Below are positions 19,983 to 30,002 of a DNA stretch of 64,000 bases, in pieces (within the stretch, counting starts at the first letter, position 1; the number at the start of each line of letters is the position of its first letter). The stretch lies in assembly GCA_965242725.1 (NCBI GenBank), contig CBDESZ010000034.1:32001-96000 (forward strand), in the 5' to 3' direction. The DNA is from Alkalispirochaeta sp. (GTDB taxonomy: Bacteria; Spirochaetota; Spirochaetia; DSM-27196; Alkalispirochaetaceae). Both the position numbers and the translations under genes were made by a program. The notes under the pieces are model-generated. The model saw only the letters and a program-made list of their open reading frames with translations. It made no database searches and was not told the origin of the DNA.

Positions 19983-20089
19983 ACCGCCACTGTAGGTATC
20001 GTCATCTTCTTGGTCAAGTTGACGCGACAGGGACACGTCCGCGCCCCCGTGTAGCGTAATGTTTCGCCGGCGGCTACACTCATCGGTAC

Positions 20090-21544
20090 ATGGCAAAGAA
20101 ACGACGTGTTTTTCAGTGTATCGCCTGCGGACATCAGGAACCGAAATGGCTCGGACAATGCCCCGCATGTGAAGAGTGGAATACCCTTGTGGAACGGGAA
20201 ATCAGGGAAACTCCGCCGTCGGGACGGTCCTCACGAGGGGGCGGTTCCGCCGCAGGTGACGGTCTCCGCAGCGGACAATCCGGCGGCGGCCCCGGCGCCC
20301 CGACGGCCGACAACGACGGAAGGGGAAACGCATTTCTCCACAGCGTTCGCCTCTCGGAGGTTGTCGCCGACCACAGTTCCCGCATATCCACCGGAATCGG
20401 CGAGCTCGACCGCGCCCTCGGGGGAGGGCTTGTCGTCGGCTCCACCGTGCTTGTCGGCGGCGAACCGGGCATCGGAAAGTCGACCCTCATGCTTCAAATG
20501 GCCGGAGAGGTGAGCCGCACCGGAACGGTGCTTTACATAAGCGGCGAGGAAAACATCGCGCAAATACGGCGTCGCGCCGAGCGGCTCAACGTCTCGGACA
20601 CGCAGATATCCCTTCTCTGCACGACGTCCATGGATGAAATTCTCGATGAACTGGATGGCCTGCAGCCACGCCTCGTCGTCATCGACAGCGTCCAGACGAT
20701 GATTTCCCCCGACGCCGGCACCGTGCCCGGTACGGTCAACCAGATCAAGTACATAACCCATCAGATCGCCGAGTGGGCGCACCGCTCGGGCGGGACGGTG
20801 ATCATGGTCGCTCACGTGACCAAGGAGGGACAGATCGCCGGTCCCAAGGTGGTGGAGCATCTGGTGGACGCGGTCCTCCTCTTTGAGCATTCCGACGGGG
20901 AACTCCGTTTCCTCAGGGCAACGAAGAACCGCTTCGGCGCCATAGAGGAGTTGGGGATTTTCACGATGGAGTCCAACGGTTTAATTGAACTTCGTGAACC
21001 GGGGCGTCTTTTCCTGGGTACCGCGGAGGGAGAACGGCCCGCGGGGGTTGTGGCGGCGCCGTGCTATGAGGGGTCCCGTGTCCTCCTGGTGGAAATCCAG
21101 GCGCTCACCGTTGCGGCGAAGGGCGCGGTGTCCCGCTCGTTTTCCGAACGGATCGACACGCGCCGGGTGGGTCGTGTCGCGGCGGTCCTTGAAAAACACG
21201 CCGGCGTCCGATTTTCCGACCAGGACGTCTACGTCAACGTTGCCGGGGGGATGCGCATTCAGGACGTCGCCATCGACCTGCCCCTTGCCCTGGCGCTCTA
21301 CTCCGCCCGCACGGGACTGGCCGTACCGGCAGGCATGCTGGCGACGGGGGAGCTGACCCTTGCCGGTGAAGTCCGTCCGGTAACCCACCGGGGTCAGCGC
21401 GAAAAAGCGGCCCTGGACATGGGTTTTACTCGTCTCGTCGGGCCGGAAGGCGCAGCGGGACCGTCAGGTTCGATATGGAGATCCGTGTCGACGATTTCAA
21501 ATGCGATCAAGTCGGTCTTCGGCGCTCCGAAAGGGGTGTCGTGA
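20090..21544 (+). CDS. radA: DNA repair protein RadA/Sms
   Basis: C4 Zn finger, GEPGIGKSTL, IDSVQT, KNRFG, Lon-like C-terminal domain. Confidence 0.97.
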   Translation: MAKKRRVFQCIACGHQEPKWLGQCPACEEWNTLVEREIRETPPSGRSSRGGGSAAGDGLRSGQSGGGPGAPTADNDGRGNAFLHSVRLSEVVADHSSRISTGIGELDRALGGGLVVGSTVLVGGEPGIGKSTLMLQMAGEVSRTGTVLYISGEENIAQIRRRAERLNVSDTQISLLCTTSMDEILDELDGLQPRLVVIDSVQTMISPDAGTVPGTVNQIKYITHQIAEWAHRSGGTVIMVAHVTKEGQIAGPKVVEHLVDAVLLFEHSDGELRFLRATKNRFGAIEELGIFTMESNGLIELREPGRLFLGTAEGERPAGVVAAPCYEGSRVLLVEIQALTVAAKGAVSRSFSERIDTRRVGRVAAVLEKHAGVRFSDQDVYVNVAGGMRIQDVAIDLPLALALYSARTGLAVPAGMLATGELTLAGEVRPVTHRGQREKAALDMGFTRLVGPEGAAGPSGSIWRSVSTISNAIKSVFGAPKGVS

Positions 21545-21692
21545 CGGTCGTATACACAATATTGGTGCACCGTCCCGTCTTCATCACGTCATCAAAAGGA
21601 CTCGGATAGTCGCGCCCGAATTACGACGATATTTGGTTATCCCTCCTACGCTTCGGTCCATTTTGCAACACGATGGTGTATACAGCCCCCGT
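21544..21692 (+). ncRNA. Candidate rod-shaped structured RNA (6S-like architecture)
   Basis: Nested complementary segments in the convergent radA/TraB-family gap; see findings. Confidence 0.3.
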
Positions 21693-21705
21693 ACACCGGA
21701 TGATC

Positions 21706-22932
21706 TCAACCGGGAAAGAGCAGGGGCAGGGCAATAAAGGTACCGACCGCGCTTCCTACCGTTGAAAAGAAGAAGACCAGAAGGATCCGGGTGAGACGAT
21801 TGCGGTAAAAGCCGCGAATGCTGGTGATATCGCTGTTCAGGTTTTCGAAATCCCTTACCCGCGGTTTACGCAGAAACGCCTCAAGGAGGCCCGTCACAAA
21901 TCCCACGCCGACGGTGGGGTTCATGGAGGTGATCGGTGCGGCCGCGAAGGAGGCTATGATCGTGACCGGGTGGGCGAGGGCCGCGATCGCGCCGACGGCG
22001 GAAAGGGTGCCGTTGACGAGAATCCACCGGATCAGGGACTGCACTCCCCCTTCCACTCCCCCGCGAAAGAAGCCCCAGATAATGAGGGCCGCCACGACCG
22101 CAGGGACGACGTAGGGAATAGCCTTCTTGACCGGCCCGGGCGGGGGGATTACCTCGAGAGTCTCCTTATCGACATCGATCGTCCCCCGGGCAAAGGCCGT
22201 CAATTGTCGAACGATTCCCGGCACGTGGCCCGCCCCTACGACGGCGAGGACGCGTTTTCCCTCGGCGTCCCAGATGCTCCGCGCGAGGTACTGATCCCGT
22301 TCGTCAATGAGCACTTCCTTCACCGACGGAAGGTAGTCTGCAAGATCCTGGAGCATCGTCTCCAGTTCGTTCTGTTCCTTCAGTTTTGCAAGATCGTCTT
22401 CCGTGATTTTCTCCCGGGAAAAGGCGGCGGCGATCATGCTGGCGAGGAGCTTGTTTTTTCCCCAGAAGCCGGTTTTTGCCCATGCCCGCCGCAGCGTCGC
22501 CTGGACGGGACGGTCGCCGAAGGTGTACGCCACGCCCCGTTTCTGCGACGCCTTTACCGCGGCAATCATCTCTTCGCCGGGGGTCACCCCGGTACTCTCC
22601 CCCATTCGTCGCTGAAAGGAACTGAGCACAAGGTTGCTCAGGAGGAGAAAGGCCTGCCGCCGGCGAATGATCTGAAAGATGTCGAGCTGGGACCAGTCCT
22701 TTTTCTGGGTCACCGAACGGTACCGGCCGGCGTCAATTTCAATGACCACGTGGTCCACCTCGGCACCGTCTATCGTCGCCTCTACGGCGTGAACGCTGTC
22801 GCGGGATACGTGGGCCGTCCCGAGGAGGTAAAACTCCCGCTCCCCCAGGGTGATCACCTGCACACCGTGGCGGGCGGGATCGTACGCCGCCGTCTGTTCG
22901 TCGTCCTTGAGCTGCTCGTCGGTATTATTCAT
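21706..22932 (-). CDS. TraB/PrgY (pheromone shutdown) family protein
   Basis: LLGTAHVS, PGEEMIAAV, LIDERD, VVGAGHVPGI, C-terminal TMs; start overlaps the DHH stop. Confidence 0.9.
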   Translation of the reverse strand: MNNTDEQLKDDEQTAAYDPARHGVQVITLGEREFYLLGTAHVSRDSVHAVEATIDGAEVDHVVIEIDAGRYRSVTQKKDWSQLDIFQIIRRRQAFLLLSNLVLSSFQRRMGESTGVTPGEEMIAAVKASQKRGVAYTFGDRPVQATLRRAWAKTGFWGKNKLLASMIAAAFSREKITEDDLAKLKEQNELETMLQDLADYLPSVKEVLIDERDQYLARSIWDAEGKRVLAVVGAGHVPGIVRQLTAFARGTIDVDKETLEVIPPPGPVKKAIPYVVPAVVAALIIWGFFRGGVEGGVQSLIRWILVNGTLSAVGAIAALAHPVTIIASFAAAPITSMNPTVGVGFVTGLLEAFLRKPRVRDFENLNSDITSIRGFYRNRLTRILLVFFFSTVGSAVGTFIALPLLFPG

Positions 22933-23899
22933 CTGTCGTTTCCTTGTCGTAGTCGAGTGCGCCGATAAAGCGCTTGCGGAGTCCCTCATCCCCGGGGTAA
23001 AGGTCCCGAGGTATTGAACCACCGCCCATGTGAATATGACCGCCCCCCGATCCGATTCCCTCGAGGGCGCGATAGAGGACCACATCACAGGGATAGTCGT
23101 TGTCCTCGCTGCGGACGGAAAGACGGTACTCGTCGCGATCGCCGCTTACGACGACGACGAAATGGACTTCCCTGAGGTTGAGAAAAAAGTCCGCAATGAG
23201 CGCCATCACCTCCGCCGTGTATTCGCCCTGAAGAACGATGAAGCTGAAAAACCTGGCAATCACACAGACGTCGATGGCCTGACGGAATGCGGCCAGATCG
23301 CTGAGAGAGAGGGAGTTCTTTAGGAGGCGTGCCGCGAGTTCCCAATTGCCGTGACGGAAGAGGATGTTGAAGGCGTCCAGATCCACCTCCGCCACGCCGC
23401 GGGTCATGAAGGCGGTATCCATCATGAGGCCCATCAGGAGCGCCGTTGAAACCGCCGGTTCCATCGGTTCACCGGCGTCTCGATAGTACTCATAGAGAAT
23501 TGTGGAGCAGGCACCGTAACTCTCCCTGATATCCGCGTATGGACACGTTGCCTCCCAGGGCGGCGGATGGTGGTCTATGACACCGACGATCTCGCCGGAA
23601 GACCCGGACATATTGGTATTACCGGCAAAGCCGTCCACCACAATTACCTGTGTCTCCTCCGTGAGACCAAGCTCCCGTATCGGCTGGATGTCTATTTCCA
23701 GCGCCTTGATGGCGTCCCGAAGAGAATCGCTTTGGATAAGCCCCCCGTACCCGAGTCCGACTTTGAAGTCGCTCCGTCTGAGGAGACGGGAGAGGGCAAA
23801 GGCGGTACCGACGGCGTCGTGGTCGGGGAAGTCATGGGCCTGGACCACGACGGGACGTCTGGCGTCCAGGTGCTCAATCAATCCTTTTATACCATTCAT
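22925..23899 (-). CDS. DHH/DHHA1 phosphoesterase (NrnA-like)
   Basis: HDFPDHDA, VVD, IDHH, MDT, SVRS, GGGH. Confidence 0.9.
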   Translation of the reverse strand: MNGIKGLIEHLDARRPVVVQAHDFPDHDAVGTAFALSRLLRRSDFKVGLGYGGLIQSDSLRDAIKALEIDIQPIRELGLTEETQVIVVDGFAGNTNMSGSSGEIVGVIDHHPPPWEATCPYADIRESYGACSTILYEYYRDAGEPMEPAVSTALLMGLMMDTAFMTRGVAEVDLDAFNILFRHGNWELAARLLKNSLSLSDLAAFRQAIDVCVIARFFSFIVLQGEYTAEVMALIADFFLNLREVHFVVVVSGDRDEYRLSVRSEDNDYPCDVVLYRALEGIGSGGGHIHMGGGSIPRDLYPGDEGLRKRFIGALDYDKETTDE

Positions 23900-23912
23900 T
23901 CCGTTCTCCCTG

Positions 23913-25358
23913 TCAGGGTGCATCGGTAAGGGTGGCGTACCGCCGTCGGGCCGGCAGTTTTTCCGGGGCTCCCCGCAACTCATTGTCCGCCACTTCGCGG
24001 TACAGTGCGCGGGCACTGTGGATTCGGCGGTCCGCCTCGTATTGGCCGGCGAGCAAAAACTTCATGAAAAGCTGCAGACTCCTGTCCTGCTCGTTTTCAA
24101 CGGCCCGGAGTATTCTTCCGTCGTCACCCGCCCGGCCCGACGCCGACCGAGTGAAATAGCGCGCCATTTCATAGTATAGAGAATCCTGTGGCAGGTCACG
24201 CGCGTTTTCCTCAAGGACCTCCGCCGCCCGCCCGTCGTCGCCATTGAGTTTCCAGCTGAGTGCGGTCAACAGGATCAGTCGCGGATCGACGGGGTCCGCC
24301 GGAGCGGCGCTGCGTCGGGCGCGGGTGAAGCTTCGCGCCGCCGTGGCAAAATCTCCTGAGGCAAGGGCAAGCATCCCGTAGGGTTCCAGCGCAGGATGGA
24401 AGTCGGGACGCAGGGCAAGGGCCGACTCGTAGTCCTCGATGGCGGCGGGTACGTTTTCAATTGCCATATAGCCCCGGGCGCGGTGAACATAGGCCATGAA
24501 AATATCCGGCCGCACTTCAATGAACGAGGAAAAATCATCCACCGCTCCGGTGAAATCATTTCGTTCCAATCTGACCAGTCCGCGATCATATCGATGCCAG
24601 GGGTAGTCCGACTCGAGCTCTATGGCCGTGTCGAGGTCTTCTTCCGCCGCCGCGAGTTCATACTGCATAGCCCGAGCGCGGCTGCGGTCGGCATAGGCAA
24701 AGCTGAACTCCGGTGCGATTTCGATCGCACGGGAAAGCGCCTCTTCCGCCTGTTCAGGTTCCTCGGTTCTCAGTTTCACGTTGCCTAGACCGATGAGCGC
24801 CACGAAATGGTCGGGATTCGATTCCAGGGCGGTCGTAAATGCATCTTCCGCTGCGTTATACGCTCTCGCTTGTAGATGCATTTCACCCAACGCGGCGCGA
24901 GCGTCGCTGTGTGACGGATCAACCTCGACCACCTGCTCCAGCAGCATCCGCTCCTCCCGTTCCTCACCCCGGGCACCTGCAATGAGGGAGAGACCGAAAA
25001 GGGCGTCGCCGTTTTCCGGGTCCATCGCGAGGGCGTCGGAAAACGCGTCCTCCGCCGACGCCATGTCACCGGCTGCGAGGTAAAGATTTCCAAGGAGAAC
25101 CTGTGTTTCCGGAGAGTCCGGCGCTTCCCGCTCAGCCTCTTCATACGCGGCGATTGCTTCTTCCGGCCGGCCGAGGGAAACTGCGGCGCCGATCCGCTCG
25201 TAAAGCTCTTCCGCAGGATCGAGAACCGGTCGCTGTTGGGTTGGATCTTCCCGTTCAGGAGATTGTCCTCCGGCGCCGTCATCGGTGACGGAATCGGGCA
25301 ATGAGGCACAGCCGTACAATCCAGCGGTTATGACGGCTACGATGACAAGCGATCGCAT
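23913..25358 (-). CDS. Tetratricopeptide-repeat lipoprotein
   Basis: Lipobox LYG-C; about 9 TPR repeats. Confidence 0.88.
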   Translation of the reverse strand: MRSLVIVAVITAGLYGCASLPDSVTDDGAGGQSPEREDPTQQRPVLDPAEELYERIGAAVSLGRPEEAIAAYEEAEREAPDSPETQVLLGNLYLAAGDMASAEDAFSDALAMDPENGDALFGLSLIAGARGEEREERMLLEQVVEVDPSHSDARAALGEMHLQARAYNAAEDAFTTALESNPDHFVALIGLGNVKLRTEEPEQAEEALSRAIEIAPEFSFAYADRSRARAMQYELAAAEEDLDTAIELESDYPWHRYDRGLVRLERNDFTGAVDDFSSFIEVRPDIFMAYVHRARGYMAIENVPAAIEDYESALALRPDFHPALEPYGMLALASGDFATAARSFTRARRSAAPADPVDPRLILLTALSWKLNGDDGRAAEVLEENARDLPQDSLYYEMARYFTRSASGRAGDDGRILRAVENEQDRSLQLFMKFLLAGQYEADRRIHSARALYREVADNELRGAPEKLPARRRYATLTDAP

Positions 25359-25409
25359 AGCGCGGAAGTATAGCAGATCATTTATTTCAGGGGAAAGGAC
25401 GGGGGGCAC

Positions 25410-25442
25410 AAAAAAAAGAGGCCGGAATCAACGTCCGACCTC
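25410..25442 (-). terminator. Rho-independent terminator of dps
   Basis: GAGGTCGGA-loop-TCCGGCCTC followed by T8 on minus strand. Confidence 0.8.
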
Positions 25443-25456
25443 CTGGGGAAAGGGGA

Positions 25457-25927
25457 TTATCCCGCGAAGGCACTCCACATCCATCGTGCTTTTTCATATT
25501 TCTGCAGCATCTGTACACCGAAATCGGCGGTTGCTTCGTCGTTGTGTTCACCGGCGGTTTCGATCAGCTGTCGTACGGCTTTGACCTGATAGTCCAAATC
25601 CGCAAGAACGAGTTTGACCGTCTCGTCGGTGGTGTACTTGCGGCTCGAAAGCTCGTCTAGCGATGACATTTCAAGGTATTCCTTGAATGTCGTGACCGGT
25701 CGTCGCCCGAGCATCAGTATCCGTTCCGCAACTTCATCGATATCTTCCGCCACGCCATCGTACATCTTTTCAAGTTCCTCATGGAGTGTGAAAAAGTTTT
25801 TCCCTTCCAGGTTCCAGTGCAGGGCGTGAAGATGGCCATAAATGACGTGGTAGTCCGCGAGCATGACGTTCAGCTTGTCCGTTACTGCGTCTACCGCACC
25901 TTTTTCCAAATCAGTCTGTGTCATCAT
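25457..25927 (-). CDS. dps: Dps family DNA-protection/ferritin-like protein
   Basis: LHWNLEGKNFFTLHEELE, DEVAERI, YEKARWM; AAGGAG RBS. Confidence 0.95.
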   Translation of the reverse strand: MMTQTDLEKGAVDAVTDKLNVMLADYHVIYGHLHALHWNLEGKNFFTLHEELEKMYDGVAEDIDEVAERILMLGRRPVTTFKEYLEMSSLDELSSRKYTTDETVKLVLADLDYQVKAVRQLIETAGEHNDEATADFGVQMLQKYEKARWMWSAFAG

Positions 25928-25958
25928 TGTGAATGCTCCTTGTCGTTCTTATAGCTAT

Positions 25959-26011
25959 ATTGTAATAAAATTCCCCGTCCGGGACAACTTATTAAGAATA
26001 ATTCTTAATAA
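25959..26011 (-). promoter_or_regulatory. dps promoter and adjacent Fur/PerR-like palindrome
   Basis: TTGTCC-17 nt-TACAAT on minus strand; perfect 11-1-11 palindrome TTATTAAGAAT-A-ATTCTTAATAA at 25989-26011. Confidence 0.75.
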
Positions 26012-26057
26012 TATCGGGCCATTGGCGAGGGTCGTCGGGGTGGATATACTCCTCCCA

Positions 26058-27569
26058 ATGCCTGACACTGCCGGCGGCTCCTCTTCATTGTTCAGACGGT
26101 TGCGCGTCCTATCCATACCCATCATGCTCACCAACCTGCTGCAAATGACCTACAATTTGGTGGATGCGTGGTTTCTCGGCCGTCTCGGAGCGGCCGCCGT
26201 CTCCGCGCCGGCGCTCTCGTTCAGCTTTATCATGTTTCTTGCCGTGTTCGGGATGGGGTTTTCCATGGCGGGGACGACCCTTGTTGCCCAGGCTAAGGGC
26301 GCTTCTCGCCCGGATCGCGTCAATTTCTACGCCTCCCAGACGGTATCCATTGTCGGTTTGATTGGACTCATGGCGGGTATTATCGGGGTGTCCCTGACGA
26401 CCCCGCTGCTTCATGTGTTGCGCGCTCCCCGGGAGGCGTTCGACTACGCCCAGGTCTACATGCGTATTGTCTTTTCCGGGATACCGGTCATGTTTTTCTT
26501 CTTTATCGTCCAGGCTCTCCTGCACGGAACAGGCGACTCCATGACTCCCCTGCGGATTCAGCTTATTACCGTCGTGATCAACGTAGTTCTGGATCCCCTC
26601 CTTATTTTCGGTTTCGGTCCCATACCGGCGATGGAGGTTGCCGGTGCGGCGACGGCAACGGTCATCAGCCGATCCGCAGCAGCGATATTTTCGTTGATGG
26701 TTCTCATTCGGGGACGACACGGTGTGCGTATTCTTCCGGTCTACATGCGTCCCCGCCGGGAAGCATTCAGTCAGTTTATGGAAATCGGGCTTCCCGCCTC
26801 CCTGGGACAGGGCGTTTCAGCGCTGGGCTTTACCGTTCTGCAGGGGGTGGTGAACAGCTTCGGCGTCTCGGTGGTTGCCGCATTTGGAATTGCCAACCGG
26901 ATAATCGGGCTGTTCAACATGCCCGCCGTCGGTCTGTCCAAGGCCACCGCAGCGATCGTCGGTCAGGAACTGGGCGCCGGACGTCCGGAAATGGCACGAC
27001 ACGCCGTGCGCCTGAGCGTTCTGTCGATGCTGGCTTTGATTATACCGGGAATGACCTTTACGTTTTTTTTCGGCAACGCTATGGTGCGGTTCTTTGTGGA
27101 CGATCCGGAAGTGATCGCCCACGGCGCGCTCCTCTTCCGCATCGTTTCAGTCTCGGTCGTCCCGTTTACCCTCTTTACCGTCATTAACGGCGCCTTTGAA
27201 GGGGGCGGGGTCACCAGGCCGATTATGGTGCTGAGTATTTTCAGGCTCTGGGGTCTCCGCGTTCCCCTGGCGATCATCCTCTCAACCTCCCCCTTTCTTG
27301 GTGCGAACGGAATCTGGATTGCCATGTTCATTTCCAATATCGTCACCGCGACGTGGGGATTTCTCTGGTTACGCAGGGGCAGCTGGTTACGGAGGATTGA
27401 GCTCGTCCCGGGAGACGCCGCAACGGGGAATCGGGCTGACGCGGATTACGGGCCGGCGGATTCTGCAATCCCGAATTCTGCGGTAACTGCTGCCACGGCG
27501 GTCGCCGCTCCCGTGGTCACGCCCGCTGCAACGCCCTCTACTCCGGCGAAACACCCGCCATCTTCTTGA
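26058..27569 (+). CDS. MATE family efflux transporter
   Basis: LLQMTYNLVD, GTGDSMTPL, NVVLDPLLIFG, GAATATVISR; 12 TMs. Confidence 0.93.
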   Translation: MPDTAGGSSSLFRRLRVLSIPIMLTNLLQMTYNLVDAWFLGRLGAAAVSAPALSFSFIMFLAVFGMGFSMAGTTLVAQAKGASRPDRVNFYASQTVSIVGLIGLMAGIIGVSLTTPLLHVLRAPREAFDYAQVYMRIVFSGIPVMFFFFIVQALLHGTGDSMTPLRIQLITVVINVVLDPLLIFGFGPIPAMEVAGAATATVISRSAAAIFSLMVLIRGRHGVRILPVYMRPRREAFSQFMEIGLPASLGQGVSALGFTVLQGVVNSFGVSVVAAFGIANRIIGLFNMPAVGLSKATAAIVGQELGAGRPEMARHAVRLSVLSMLALIIPGMTFTFFFGNAMVRFFVDDPEVIAHGALLFRIVSVSVVPFTLFTVINGAFEGGGVTRPIMVLSIFRLWGLRVPLAIILSTSPFLGANGIWIAMFISNIVTATWGFLWLRRGSWLRRIELVPGDAATGNRADADYGPADSAIPNSAVTAATAVAAPVVTPAATPSTPAKHPPSS

Positions 27570-28404
27570 GGAGCGCAATTTCCTCGGGCCACTTATCGGT
27601 GTCCGGTGTCTCAAGAATGAAGGGTTTACCGTCCAGACGGGTGTCTTCCATGATGGCACGGAAGCCGTCAAGACTGATGTTGCCTTTTCCGATCGGCTCG
27701 TGGCGGTCCTTGTTGCTTCCCAGCTCACCCTGAGAGTCATTCAGGTGAAGGGCCACAAGCTTTTCCAGTCCCAGCAGTCGATCCACCTCGGTGATGAGCT
27801 CATCCCACCCCTCGGGCGAGGCAATATCATAACCGGCCGCATAGGCGTGACACGTATCGATACAGATCGCCGTTCGATCCGGATGCCTGACCAGTTCGAT
27901 GATCCGGGCGAGTTGCGCAATATTCCGTCCCATCGCAGTACCCTGGCCGGCGGTATTTTCAAGAACCAGCACACCGCCTTCCACCTTTTCCATGACGCGA
28001 TCCATGCCGTCGGCGATGCGGCGCAACGTCTCATCGTCGTCAAGTTCGCCCTTTGAAGTACCGGGGTGAAAGTTGAGCCACCGCAATCCGAGCTGGACCG
28101 TCCGGTCTAGCTCATCGGCAAGACCGGTGATGGACTTGTCCCGCACTTCGTCGCCTGGACTGCCGAGGTTCACCAGGTAACTGGCGTGGGGAATCACGTG
28201 CTGCCAGGAATAGCCGGAATCGTTCATTGCGCCGTGGAAGGCCTGAATGGTCTCTTCCGTATAGGGCTTGGCGTGCCACTGGCGCTGGTTGCGGGTAAAA
28301 AGGGAAAACGCGGTCGCTCCAATCTCCTTCGCATTGCCCGGGGCGTTGTTCACTCCACCTGCGGCGCTTACATGGGCGCCGACAAAAACTGTTCGTGTAC
28401 TCAC
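27538..28404 (-). CDS. nfo: Endonuclease IV
   Basis: GAHVSAAGG, PHASYLVNL, NFHPG, LENTAGQG, DTCH, HLNDS, DRH, ILETP; GTG start inferred. Confidence 0.95.
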   Translation of the reverse strand: MSTRTVFVGAHVSAAGGVNNAPGNAKEIGATAFSLFTRNQRQWHAKPYTEETIQAFHGAMNDSGYSWQHVIPHASYLVNLGSPGDEVRDKSITGLADELDRTVQLGLRWLNFHPGTSKGELDDDETLRRIADGMDRVMEKVEGGVLVLENTAGQGTAMGRNIAQLARIIELVRHPDRTAICIDTCHAYAAGYDIASPEGWDELITEVDRLLGLEKLVALHLNDSQGELGSNKDRHEPIGKGNISLDGFRAIMEDTRLDGKPFILETPDTDKWPEEIALLKKMAGVSPE

Positions 28405-28516
28405 AATTACATTGTGCCCCGTGTTCCCTCTTGTCGCAAGTAAACAGTATTGGAGTTTCCACGCCGAAGTGAGAATATCTATCACATTATTACAGGAGGT
28501 GGTATAATTTCGGCGG

Positions 28517-29947
28517 GTGGGGAACAATTTGGCACGAGATCACACCGATAGTCGCTATGACGTACTCTTTACCGACCCGGACCTCACCTCCGCCTTGCGT
28601 CAGATCGGCGTTTTCGTCTCCAACTACCGCACCGGTGCCAACGTCCCGAGCAACCTCTGGATAGAACAGGGACTGTCGTCGGCGGATACCGGAGAAAATC
28701 TCGCGTGGTTGTCACAGGTTCACATAGACGATTCCCAGCGTGTACGCCGCGCGGTTACCGCCGTCCTGTCCGGTGAAAAAGACTCCTTTGAAGAGATATT
28801 TCGCTTTCGCCGTCCCGACGGATCCTACCGGTGGGTCGTCATTCGCGGTACGGCGATCACCAAGGATGAAAAAGGGCGGGCAGCCTACTTCATCGGCGTG
28901 GATATCGATATCAGCAGCTTCAAATCGGTGGAACAACAGCTTCAGCGACAGAACGACCAGCTGGAGACGCTCCACGATATCGCAACCGTCATCGGCGCGT
29001 CGCTGGATCTTGAGGAGACGGTAAACCGAATTCTTGAGGAAACTCGTCGAATCCTTCCCTATAACACCGCCACCGTCCAGCTTCTCGACGAGGGAAAGTT
29101 ACGGGTTATCGGCTGTTACGGTTTTTCCGATCCGGAACGCATTATGAAATTGACCTTTCCCCATCCCGAGCGGGGAAGTCTGAGTACCGTCGCCATAGAC
29201 AGTCGCCGCCCCTGTTATTCCGGCGACGTGGAACGTGATTTTCCCGCCTTTGTCCAACCGATACCGGACCGGCCGGTCCACTCCTGGCTTGGAATTCCCC
29301 TCATTCGACACGACCAGGTATTTGGCCTCGTCGCGGTGGACAGTTTTGCAAAGGATACCTACACGGAGGAACATGTACGGCTCGCGGCGACGATCGGCGA
29401 CCACATTGCGGTTGCCCTGGAGAACGCCCGCCTCCACGATGAGACGTATCAAATGGCAATGTCCGATTCGTTGACCGGCACGGGGAGTCGACGTCGCTTT
29501 CAGGTGGAAGGACGTCTCCTCTTCGAGACGGCCCAGCGGGAAGGTACGCCCCTCTGCATTCTGATGCTTGATATCGACCACTTCAAGGATGTGAACGATC
29601 GGTTCGGCCACGCCGTCGGTGACGTGATTCTCAAGCGTATCGCCGATCGGTGCAGGAACGAACTGCGGGGAAGCGACCTCTTTGCCAGATATGGAGGTGA
29701 GGAGTTCGTCATTCTCCTGCCCGGGTCTACAGTCGGCGATGGAAAAACGCTGGCTCAGCGGATCTGTTCCACCCTCAGGAGTATTGATCATCCCGAAATT
29801 GACCGGCCGGTGACAATCAGTATCGGTGTGGCATGCGTGACGCCGAACCGTCGGGGAAAACTTGACGCCCTGGTACAGCGCGCAGATACCGCCATGTACC
29901 GGGCCAAGACCCGGGGAAGAGACCAGGTCGTCGTCGCCGACCGGTGA
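28517..29947 (+). CDS. PAS-GAF-GGDEF diguanylate cyclase
   Basis: PAS/PAC (RRPDGSYRWV), GAF (SWLGIPL), GGEEF with RxxD I-site (RGSD). Confidence 0.92.
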   Translation: MGNNLARDHTDSRYDVLFTDPDLTSALRQIGVFVSNYRTGANVPSNLWIEQGLSSADTGENLAWLSQVHIDDSQRVRRAVTAVLSGEKDSFEEIFRFRRPDGSYRWVVIRGTAITKDEKGRAAYFIGVDIDISSFKSVEQQLQRQNDQLETLHDIATVIGASLDLEETVNRILEETRRILPYNTATVQLLDEGKLRVIGCYGFSDPERIMKLTFPHPERGSLSTVAIDSRRPCYSGDVERDFPAFVQPIPDRPVHSWLGIPLIRHDQVFGLVAVDSFAKDTYTEEHVRLAATIGDHIAVALENARLHDETYQMAMSDSLTGTGSRRRFQVEGRLLFETAQREGTPLCILMLDIDHFKDVNDRFGHAVGDVILKRIADRCRNELRGSDLFARYGGEEFVILLPGSTVGDGKTLAQRICSTLRSIDHPEIDRPVTISIGVACVTPNRRGKLDALVQRADTAMYRAKTRGRDQVVVADR

Positions 29948-30002
29948 TCTTCAGCGGCCGACGGGTGAGTGTCCCTCTTCCCGGCCGGCCGCCGCGAAGC
30001 GG

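Noticed and set aside
27400..27569. Ala/Pro-rich MATE tail overlapping the nfo 3' end
   Set aside because: Low-complexity tail with no motif, most simply explained by stop-codon drift.
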